Of a DNA stretch of 32,000 bases, positions 25,071 through 32,000 are shown piece after piece. A program made the translations under genes and the position numbers. The notes below the pieces were generated by a model that ran no database searches, was not told the origin of the DNA, and saw only the letters and a program-made list of their open reading frames with translations. Source of the DNA: an uncultured Clostridia bacterium (lineage in GTDB: Bacteria; Bacillota; Clostridia; Christensenellales; Aristaeellaceae); NCBI GenBank assembly GCA_937907055.1, contig CALCTW010000005.1, positions 1 through 32,000 of the forward strand. Reading direction: 5' to 3'. How positions within the stretch are numbered: position 1 is the stretch's first letter; each line of letters begins with the position of its first letter.

Positions 25071-26138
25071 ATGGACATGACATTGCGTTGGTACGGCCCC
25101 GGTTTTGACAGCGTAACTTTGGAACAGATCCGTCAGGTTCCGCTTGTAAAAGGTGTGATCACCACACTTTATGACACGACGCCCGGTCAGGTATGGGAAG
25201 ACGCGGCGATCAAGAAGATCAAGGGCGTGGTAGAGGAAGCCGGCCTGACGATCAAGGGTATCGAAAGCGTTAACATCCATGATGATATCAAGGTGGGCAA
25301 CGGCCGCCGCGATGAATATATCGAGAATTATATCACCACCCTGGAACGCCTGGGTCAGAATGACATCCATATGGTGTGCTATAACTTCATGCCTGTTTTT
25401 GACTGGACCCGCAGCGATCTGGCCAAGCCTCGTCCGGACGGAAGCACCGTTCTGAGCTATGATCAGGCGCTGGTCGATCTGATCGATCCGGATAATCTGA
25501 TGGCGCATATGGATGAGAAGAGCAATGGCTTTGTTCTTCCCGGCTGGGAACCGGAGCGCATGGCGAGGATCAGGGAACTGTTCGCCATGTATGCCGAGGT
25601 GGATGCTGAGAAGCTCTTCAACAACCTGGTTTATTTCCTGAAGGCGATCATGCCGGTCTGCGATAAGTATGACATCAATATGGCGATCCATCCGGATGAT
25701 CCGGCATGGCCTGTGTTCAATCTGCCGCGCATCATTACCTGCAAGGAAAACATCCTGCGTATGCTGAATACCGTGGATAACGTGCATAATGGTATCACGC
25801 TTTGCACCGGTTCTCTCGGCAGCAATCCGAAGAACGATCTTGTCGACATCATCGGCGCCGTTAAGGGACGAATTCACTTTGCGCACGTCCGTAATATCAT
25901 TTTCCGCGGAGAGGGCAAGTTTGATGAAGCAGCGCATCCCAGCGAGGATGGCAGCTTTGATATGTATGCGATCATGAAGGCCCTGTATGACAGCGGCTTT
26001 GACGGTCCCATCCGTCCGGATCACGGCCGCATGATCTGGGGTGAGAAGGCCATGCCCGGTTACGGTCTGTATGACCGCGCGCTGGGCGCCTGCTACCTGA
26101 CCGGTCTGTGGGAAGCGATCAAAAAGAGCGCGAAGTAA
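25071..26138 (+). CDS. uxuA: mannonate dehydratase
   Basis: UxuA signatures throughout: LRWYGP N-terminus, VCYNFMPVFDWTRSDL, MAIHPDDP, LPRII, RPDHGRMIWG and PGYGLYDRALGA. Confidence 0.9.
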   Translation: MDMTLRWYGPGFDSVTLEQIRQVPLVKGVITTLYDTTPGQVWEDAAIKKIKGVVEEAGLTIKGIESVNIHDDIKVGNGRRDEYIENYITTLERLGQNDIHMVCYNFMPVFDWTRSDLAKPRPDGSTVLSYDQALVDLIDPDNLMAHMDEKSNGFVLPGWEPERMARIRELFAMYAEVDAEKLFNNLVYFLKAIMPVCDKYDINMAIHPDDPAWPVFNLPRIITCKENILRMLNTVDNVHNGITLCTGSLGSNPKNDLVDIIGAVKGRIHFAHVRNIIFRGEGKFDEAAHPSEDGSFDMYAIMKALYDSGFDGPIRPDHGRMIWGEKAMPGYGLYDRALGACYLTGLWEAIKKSAK

Positions 26139-26163
26139 TCGAATATCGGAATCATTCACTTTC

Positions 26164-26197
26164 AGAGAGCCTGATCATCCGGGCTCTCTTTCTTTTT
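26164..26197 (+). terminator. rho-independent terminator after uxuA
   Basis: Stem AGAGAGCC (26164-26171) / GGCTCTCT (26182-26189), followed by TTCTTTTT. Confidence 0.7.
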
Positions 26198-26373
26198 GCC
26201 TGCGCGGTATCATGTTTTGATAATTTACATTTATAATGAAAGAAATACTGCTGAAATGTATTGCGTTTTGTTTCGCGATGTGATAAATATATAGATAATG
26301 CGAAGATGTGTTAAACAGGAAATATATTACATGCTCGCAGCGAAGTAAAGTGACCCTTTCATGGAGGATATAG

Positions 26374-27345
26374 ATGGACGAAAGTAAGATTACGATCAAC
26401 TGGTATCCGGGACATATGGCGAAGGCCAAGCGAATGCTGGCGGATCAGCTGCAGCGGGTGGATGTGATCATCGAATTGTGTGACGCGCGTCTGCCGAAGA
26501 GCAGCCGGAATCCGGATCTGCTGCGGATGGGCAGGAATAAGCCGCGTGTCGTTCTGCTGGGGAAGGCTGACCTGGCGGATCCCGTGCAGACGGATAAATG
26601 GATTCGCCGTTTCAAGGAAGAGGGCGCGATGGCCTGTATGGCGCTTGATACACGCGTGAAGGCAAAGGCAATGCTTCCGCTGATCGAAAACGCCGCGCAG
26701 CGCGCTGTGGACAAGGCGGCTGACCGCGGCATCAGGAAAACGGTTCGCTGCATGGTGGTCGGCGTGCCCAATGTGGGCAAGAGCACATTCATCAATCGTC
26801 TGCACGGCAGTTCCATTACCAAGACAGGCGATAAGCCGGGCGTAACGCGCTCCACACAGTGGGTCAAGATCAGCCCCTATCTTGAACTTCTTGATTCTCC
26901 GGGTCTTCTGTGGCCGCGTCTGGATGATAAGCTGGCCGCGAGGAGACTGGCTTACATCTCCGCGATCAAGGATGATGTGCTGGATACGGCTGAACTGGCC
27001 ATGCAGCTGCTGGAGGATATGATGGTCGCCGCGCCGGCTTCCACGAAGGAGCGCTTTAAGATCAAGGATGAAACAGCAAGGGGCGTGGAGCTTCTGGATG
27101 AAGTATGCCGCGGACGCGGTTTCCTGATGAAAGGCGGCGTATACGATTATGATCGCTGCTGTGCTGTTGTTCTCGATGAGTATCGTGCCGGAAAGCTTGG
27201 ACGTATCACTCTTGAGCATTGTGAAAATGTAAAAAAGCCTGAAGAGAAGAAACCTCAGGAATCCGATAAGCAGGAGAATGAAACGCTCGTTCTCCCTGAA
27301 GAAGAAGGAACCGATCATGCGAAAGACGAGACAGCAGAGGCTTGA
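26374..27345 (+). CDS. rbgA: ribosome biogenesis GTPase A (YlqF/RbgA), circularly permuted GTPase
   Basis: INWYPGHMAKAKR N-terminus, with a G4-like LLGKADL preceding G1 GVPNVGKST (permuted order). Carries an acidic/Lys-rich C-terminal extension. GGAGG at 26363-26367. Confidence 0.92.
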   Translation: MDESKITINWYPGHMAKAKRMLADQLQRVDVIIELCDARLPKSSRNPDLLRMGRNKPRVVLLGKADLADPVQTDKWIRRFKEEGAMACMALDTRVKAKAMLPLIENAAQRAVDKAADRGIRKTVRCMVVGVPNVGKSTFINRLHGSSITKTGDKPGVTRSTQWVKISPYLELLDSPGLLWPRLDDKLAARRLAYISAIKDDVLDTAELAMQLLEDMMVAAPASTKERFKIKDETARGVELLDEVCRGRGFLMKGGVYDYDRCCAVVLDEYRAGKLGRITLEHCENVKKPEEKKPQESDKQENETLVLPEEEGTDHAKDETAEA

Positions 27346-27937
27346 AGAACTGATGCAGGTGGACGGCTGCCTGTATGAACAGGGTATCGTGTTTGCCGGG
27401 ATCGATGAAGCAGGCCGCGGACCGCTCGCGGGAGATGTGTTTGCCGGATGCGTCATCATGCCGAAGGAGCCCCTGATCGAATGGGTGGATGACAGCAAAA
27501 AACTGAGCGAGAGTAGGCGAGAGGCTGTTTTCGAGCAGATCATGCAGACCGCTTTGTATGTTGGCGTCGGAAGGGCGGACCCGGAAGAGATCGACCGGAT
27601 CAATATCCTTGAGGCGACCAAGAACGCCATGCGCCGGGCCGCAAAAGACGCGAACGCTTCTATCTATCTCATTGACGCGGTGAAAAATGTCGGCTTAAAC
27701 GGTATGGAGAATCCGATCATTCATGGTGATGCCATCAGCTACGCGATCGCTGCCGCCAGTATCGTGGCAAAGGTATCCAGGGATCGAGAGATGGCGAAAA
27801 TGGATGAGCTGTATCCGGAATACGGCTTCGCGAAGCATAAGGGGTACGGTACGGCGGAGCATATCGCTGCCTTAAAGAAGTACGGCCCCTGCCCGATCCA
27901 CCGGCGCAGTTTCATTGGGCATTTTGTGGAATTGTGA
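27317..27937 (+). CDS. rnhB: ribonuclease HII
   Basis: GIDEAGRGPLAGDV catalytic motif. I prefer ATG 27317 (MRKTRQQRLEEL), which overlaps the rbgA 3' end by 29 nt. rbgA-rnhB adjacency is conserved in Firmicutes. Confidence 0.92.
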   Translation: MRKTRQQRLEELMQVDGCLYEQGIVFAGIDEAGRGPLAGDVFAGCVIMPKEPLIEWVDDSKKLSESRREAVFEQIMQTALYVGVGRADPEEIDRINILEATKNAMRRAAKDANASIYLIDAVKNVGLNGMENPIIHGDAISYAIAAASIVAKVSRDREMAKMDELYPEYGFAKHKGYGTAEHIAALKKYGPCPIHRRSFIGHFVEL

Positions 27938-27938
27938 T

Positions 27939-28283
27939 ATGGGAACCTATCGGGAACAGTATAAGACCGGCCTGCTGGGAGAATGGAAAGCAGCCGCTTA
28001 TCTGAAGCGTAAAGGAATGAAGATCATCACAAAACGCTTCCGCTGCGGAGACGGTGAGATCGATCTGATCTGCAGGGATGAAGATACCTTGTGTTTTGTG
28101 GAGGTCAAGTACAGGCCGGAGGGCATGCCGGGAGACGGAATCGCCGCGGTCGATCGCGAAAAGATCAGAAGATGCAGGAACGCGGCAAAAGGATATCTGA
28201 AGGCACATCCCTGTGAATGCCTTCGCTTTGATGTGGTGGAGATCACAAAAAGCGGTGTGAGGCATCTGAAAAACGCGTTTTAA
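27939..28283 (+). CDS. YraN-family (UPF0102) putative endonuclease
   Basis: GLLGEWKAAAYLKRKGMKII...GEIDLICRDEDTLCFVEVKYR matches the UPF0102 core. ATG 27939 lies 1 nt after the rnhB stop. Confidence 0.85.
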   Translation: MGTYREQYKTGLLGEWKAAAYLKRKGMKIITKRFRCGDGEIDLICRDEDTLCFVEVKYRPEGMPGDGIAAVDREKIRRCRNAAKGYLKAHPCECLRFDVVEITKSGVRHLKNAF

Positions 28284-28293
28284 GGAGTTTGTA

Positions 28294-31200
28294 ATGACTA
28301 AAAAATACCGCATTCTGGTATTGGTTCTGCTATGCGTAATGTGTATCCTTTGCGGATGCAGTGAAAAGCAGACGACCGAAGCGGGCACTGAACTGCTGAA
28401 GAACGGTGATTTTTCCGTACTTGCGGCAGACGGGCTTCCTGCTGACTGGTACACGGATGCATACTTGATCGAAAAAGTGTATACCGATTATGAGGTCATC
28501 GAAGAAGATGGCGCTCAAATTCTGCATATCACGAATTTCTACCCGAATGACGCGCGGCTTGTGCAGGAAGTGAATGTGGATCCGGATCGTTATTACCTTC
28601 TGCATGGCTTTGTGAAGGCTGACGCGGCAGGCGGTCTCGGTGCCAATCTTTCTATCGGTGATATCTACGCTTTCTCTGAAAGTGTATACGATTCAGAGGG
28701 CGAATGGATCGAAATCAGCTATTACGGAAAAACGGACAGTGAACGCAAGTCTGTAAAGGTATTCGCGCGTCTCGGCGGATATGGCGGCGAGGCCATCGGT
28801 GAAGCCTGGTTCAGGGATCTGTCTTTGGTTCAGGTCGAAAGCATCCCGGAAGGCTGCTTCGCGGCGCAGTGGTACACGCAATCGCAGGCGAATAAACTGA
28901 TCGATGATGATGATGCCGACGCGCAGCCGACTGCTTCCCGCGGAATGATGATCATTCTGCTGACAGCCGGGCTGTATCTTCTTTTCGCGGAGAATCTGCT
29001 GCTGTTCATCCGTAAAGAACGTCCCGTTCGTCTGGTAACGAAAAAATCAAAAGAGGTCATACCGCTTGCAGTCATGCTGATTCTAGCGGCTGTGACGCGC
29101 GTTGTGATCGCGATCCTGATCCCCGGTTATGATGTGGATATCGGTTGCTTCACATCCTGGACGGCAACCATGCAGTCCTCCCTGCCGTGGGGCTTCTATG
29201 CCAACAGCGGCTTCTGCGATTACCCGCCGGGCTATATGCTGGTGCTGTGGATCTTCTCTCTGGGGATGAGGCCGACAGCGCTGATGGTCAAGATGCCTTC
29301 CATCGTGTTTGATCTGCTGCTTTCCGTTTTGATCTACACCGAAGGGAAGAAGCGTATCAATACGCGTATGGCGCTCGCCATGGCATGCCTGTACGCGTTC
29401 AATCCCATGACGCTGGTCACAGGCGCGGCCTGGGGACAGAGCGATGCCGTGATGACCGGTCTGCTGATCCTGAGCGTGATCTACGCGATGAGAGGCAACT
29501 GGAAGGCAGCTTTGCCTGTATACACCTTATCGGTACTGATGAAACCGCAGGCCCTGATGTTTGGCCCTGTGGGGCTTATCGCGCTCGTGTTGCATCTGAT
29601 CTTCGTGTTCCGCAAAAAAACAGATGAAAAGAAGCTGGTATGGAAATCCCTGATCGATGTCCTGATCGGCGTTGGTATATCGTTCACACTGCTTGTGATC
29701 ACTTCGCTCCTCTTTATGGGAGAACAGGATGTCTTCTGGCTGGTAAAACTGTACGGGAATACGATGGGCAGCTATGCTTATACCACCGTGAATGCCTGCA
29801 ACAGTTATTTCCTGGCCGGTCTTAACTGGGCAGCGGCAAATGGCGGGATGAGCCTTGGCGCTTATCTGATGATCCTGATGACCTACGCGCTGCCTTCTGC
29901 CGCGATGCTGATCGTTTCTCTGCGCCGTTACCTGAAGAATAAAGAACTTCCCGAAAACGGCCGGAAGCTGATGCATGCTGTTATCCTGTTCGGTGTTATC
30001 ATCTGTATGATCGCGTTGGGCGGTCTGCTGATGAAGGCATTCGGCTGGCTGACATATGCCAATTTCTCCGCCTATGTCATTGTCTGCAATATCCTTCTGG
30101 TGGGATATCTGTACATTAAGAATCATGATATTCACAACCTGCCACTTTGCGGCGCGCTCCTGCTGGTATTGCTTTTCAATACCGGAAGCATGATGCATGA
30201 ACGGTATCTTTTCCCTGTCATCGGGTTGCTGATCATCGCGTATCTTGCGAATAAAGATCGTCGATTGATCCCTTTGATGATCGGGATCACGATCGCGGGC
30301 TTCCTGAATGTCGGATGCGTATTGGAACGGAATATCCGCATCGGCGGTGTTGCCGCGCATCTGTCGGCTCCCATTTTTGGTATCAGTAGTGACATGGCCG
30401 TGCTGGAGTATCTGTCTGCGGGGCTGAATGTGCTGATGTGCATGATCACCCTCTATATCGCGCTGGATATGATGGCACTCGGTCACCGTGCCGGCGAGCT
30501 GTCCCTGATCTGCGGGAAGCGTGATGACCGCGTCGATGAAAACACGAACGCGGAAAAAACAAAGGCGCGGAACAACATGGACAGCATGCTTTTAAAGAAG
30601 CATGAAAAAAGAACGAGCCGGATGTCTGTCCGCGATGTCATGATCATGACGGGGATCACGCTTGCATATAGTGTATTGGCGTTTACCAATCTCGGCAGCA
30701 TGAAGGCACCGGAAACCTACTATAAGGCCGTTTCCGCGAATGAGCAGATCATCTTTGATCTGGGCAGCGCGCAGGATTTCAAGGTGATGTACTTCTGCGG
30801 CATCCAGAATGTGGATGAGTACACCTTCAAGGTATCTGTCAGCGATGACGGCACAAATTGGGGCGCGCCTTTTGAGGCGACTGCCGAAGACGGCGATTGC
30901 TTCCGCTGGAAGTATGTTGCCAATGGTGTGGTCTATTACGGACGATATGTCAGGCTGGAAACCGGCGCTTATCCCGGTCTGTGGCTGAATGAGGTTCTCT
31001 GCCGCACCGCGGAAGGTGATACGCCAATCCCGATGACGATGGTCAGTGGGCCTGAAGGGGCAGAAGCGCTGTGCGATGAACCGGATACGCTGGAAGGCGA
31101 ACCGGAGGACTGGTGGAACAGTACCTATTTTGACGAGATCTATCACGCGCGTACGGCATATGAGCATCTGCACAGTCTGGTACCTTACGAGACGACACAT

Positions 31201-32000
31201 CCGCCGCTTGGCAAGGTGATCATGAGCTGGGGTGTGGCTATCTTCGGCATGTGTCCGTTTGGCTGGCGATTTATGGGCACGCTGAGCGGCGTGCTGATGC
31301 TGCCTGCCATCTATATGCTTGGACGGCTGCTGTTGAAGAAACGCCGCTTCGCGGTCGGCGCGATGCTGATGCTGACGCTGGATCAGATGCATTTCACGCA
31401 GACCCGCATCGCGACGATCGACACGTTCGTGGTACTGTTCATCCTGTGGAGTCTGTATTTCATGGTCTATTGGGTGAAACAGGACTGGTTTGGCACCAGG
31501 TTCTGGAGAACACTGGTTCCGCTTGGTATGTCAGGTCTCTTCATGGGGCTTTCCATTGCAAGCAAGATGACCGGATGCTATAACGGAATCGCTCTGGCTT
31601 TGATCTTCTTTATCACTTTGTTTGCAAGAATGCGGCAGGCATCCAAGGCAAAGCAAATGCTTGCTGATGAGAACAACGAAAAGCTGAAGGGAAGCAGTGC
31701 CCCGGGACTGATCCCGGATGATCGCAGGGAGGCTGTCAGAACAGCAGCCGGGAAAACAGGAAAGCACGTGAGCATTACGCTGCTTTGCTGCCTTGTATTC
31801 TTTATCCTCATTCCTGCTGTGATCTACTATTGCTCCTACATTCCGTACTTCTCCTACGCCCATGGCGGTGTTACCGTAAAACGTGTGATCGACGCCTTCT
31901 ACGGTATGCTGGGCTATCACTCACAACCGGGACTGGGCATGGATCATTACTTCTATTCGCCCTGGTATGAATGGCCGCTGAATCTGCGCCCCATGTGGTA
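28294..32000 (+). CDS. very large multidomain envelope glycosyltransferase (3' partial): lipoprotein signal, CBM-like module, GT-C block 1, discoidin-like insert, PMT/GT39 block
   Basis: Not in the supplied ORF track. ATG 28294 lies 6 nt after AAGGAG (28282-28287). I read every codon to 32000 and found no stop (1,235 codons). Motifs in order: MTKKYRILVLVLLCVMCILCGC, LLKNGDFS...DW, YDVDIGCFTSW, CDYPPGYMLVLW, LMKPQALMF, MHERYLFP, IFDLGSAQDFKVMYFCG...DDGTNWG, YFDEIYHARTAYE, ETTHPPLGK, FGWRF, HYFYSPWYEWPL. Confidence 0.85.
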   Translation, partial: MTKKYRILVLVLLCVMCILCGCSEKQTTEAGTELLKNGDFSVLAADGLPADWYTDAYLIEKVYTDYEVIEEDGAQILHITNFYPNDARLVQEVNVDPDRYYLLHGFVKADAAGGLGANLSIGDIYAFSESVYDSEGEWIEISYYGKTDSERKSVKVFARLGGYGGEAIGEAWFRDLSLVQVESIPEGCFAAQWYTQSQANKLIDDDDADAQPTASRGMMIILLTAGLYLLFAENLLLFIRKERPVRLVTKKSKEVIPLAVMLILAAVTRVVIAILIPGYDVDIGCFTSWTATMQSSLPWGFYANSGFCDYPPGYMLVLWIFSLGMRPTALMVKMPSIVFDLLLSVLIYTEGKKRINTRMALAMACLYAFNPMTLVTGAAWGQSDAVMTGLLILSVIYAMRGNWKAALPVYTLSVLMKPQALMFGPVGLIALVLHLIFVFRKKTDEKKLVWKSLIDVLIGVGISFTLLVITSLLFMGEQDVFWLVKLYGNTMGSYAYTTVNACNSYFLAGLNWAAANGGMSLGAYLMILMTYALPSAAMLIVSLRRYLKNKELPENGRKLMHAVILFGVIICMIALGGLLMKAFGWLTYANFSAYVIVCNILLVGYLYIKNHDIHNLPLCGALLLVLLFNTGSMMHERYLFPVIGLLIIAYLANKDRRLIPLMIGITIAGFLNVGCVLERNIRIGGVAAHLSAPIFGISSDMAVLEYLSAGLNVLMCMITLYIALDMMALGHRAGELSLICGKRDDRVDENTNAEKTKARNNMDSMLLKKHEKRTSRMSVRDVMIMTGITLAYSVLAFTNLGSMKAPETYYKAVSANEQIIFDLGSAQDFKVMYFCGIQNVDEYTFKVSVSDDGTNWGAPFEATAEDGDCFRWKYVANGVVYYGRYVRLETGAYPGLWLNEVLCRTAEGDTPIPMTMVSGPEGAEALCDEPDTLEGEPEDWWNSTYFDEIYHARTAYEHLHSLVPYETTHPPLGKVIMSWGVAIFGMCPFGWRFMGTLSGVLMLPAIYMLGRLLLKKRRFAVGAMLMLTLDQMHFTQTRIATIDTFVVLFILWSLYFMVYWVKQDWFGTRFWRTLVPLGMSGLFMGLSIASKMTGCYNGIALALIFFITLFARMRQASKAKQMLADENNEKLKGSSAPGLIPDDRREAVRTAAGKTGKHVSITLLCCLVFFILIPAVIYYCSYIPYFSYAHGGVTVKRVIDAFYGMLGYHSQPGLGMDHYFYSPWYEWPLNLRPMW

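Noticed and set aside
26198-26373. AT-rich spacer upstream of rbgA as an alternative origin or mobile-element scar
   Set aside because: It has no DnaA boxes, no direct or inverted terminal repeats and no integrase. It is most simply a promoter region, with a possible TTGCGT-17-TAAATA promoter carrying TG at 26261-26289. The 84-aa minus-strand ORF there overlaps the terminator and the rbgA start.
22379-27630. Minus-strand ORFs of 390, 410 and 423 aa opposite the helicase, uxuA and rbgA/rnhB genes
   Set aside because: Each is the mirror of a gene with strong family motifs on the plus strand. They have no RBS and low-complexity, H/R/D/I/Q-rich sequences.
28330-31920. Minus-strand ORFs (91-319 aa) listed in the track across 28.3-31.9 kb
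   Set aside because: They are shadows of the large plus-strand ORF starting at 28294, which is absent from the track. The plus frame encodes coherent TM helices and PMT motifs, whereas the minus frames are H/R/D/Q-rich with no motifs.
1-32000. tRNA, rRNA, CRISPR arrays, transposases, integrases, phage or known defence genes
   Set aside because: I found no cloverleaf-like or rRNA-like segments, no regularly spaced direct repeats of 25-40 nt in non-coding DNA, and no ORF with recombinase, nuclease-helicase defence or reverse-transcriptase motifs.

Overview
The window looks like a chromosomal, largely housekeeping segment of a Firmicutes/Clostridia-type genome. This is inferred from gene content and order, AGGAGG ribosome-binding sites and TTGACA/TATAAT promoters with extended -10 elements. 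I support 26 protein-coding genes. Left to right they are: a convergent small ORF, dnaA (-), a TraX-family membrane protein, a secreted protein with six PG_binding_1 repeats, and yebC overlapping a secreted C39-like cysteine peptidase. Next come a TrmN6/YfiC-like methyltransferase (-) and the tightly packed tilS-hpt-ftsH-PHP phosphoesterase-VanW/YoaR run. A three-gene minus-strand block follows: an L,D-transpeptidase, a Pro/Gln-rich membrane protein and a Cys-rich cytoplasmic protein. The rest is marR with a heterodimeric ABC exporter, a DEAD-box helicase, a membrane protein, a 63-aa zinc-ribbon protein, uxuA, and rbgA-rnhB-yraN. The last gene is a very large ORF that starts at 28294 and runs off the right edge. 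It is missing from the supplied ORF track, presumably because it has no stop codon in the window. I saw no tRNA, rRNA, CRISPR array, transposase, integrase or phage genes. Two things stand out. First, the open-ended ORF of at least 1,235 codons combines a lipoprotein signal, a CBM-like module, a first GT-C glycosyltransferase block, a discoidin-like insert and a clear PMT/GT39 core. Second, the 14.2-18.1 kb minus-strand block has two exported proteins that share a repeated ~54-aa H-x4-C-x28/29-C-x2-C module, next to a protein with an internally duplicated CxxC...GxCxxH/D pattern. All family assignments come from reading motifs by eye and need HMM or structure confirmation.
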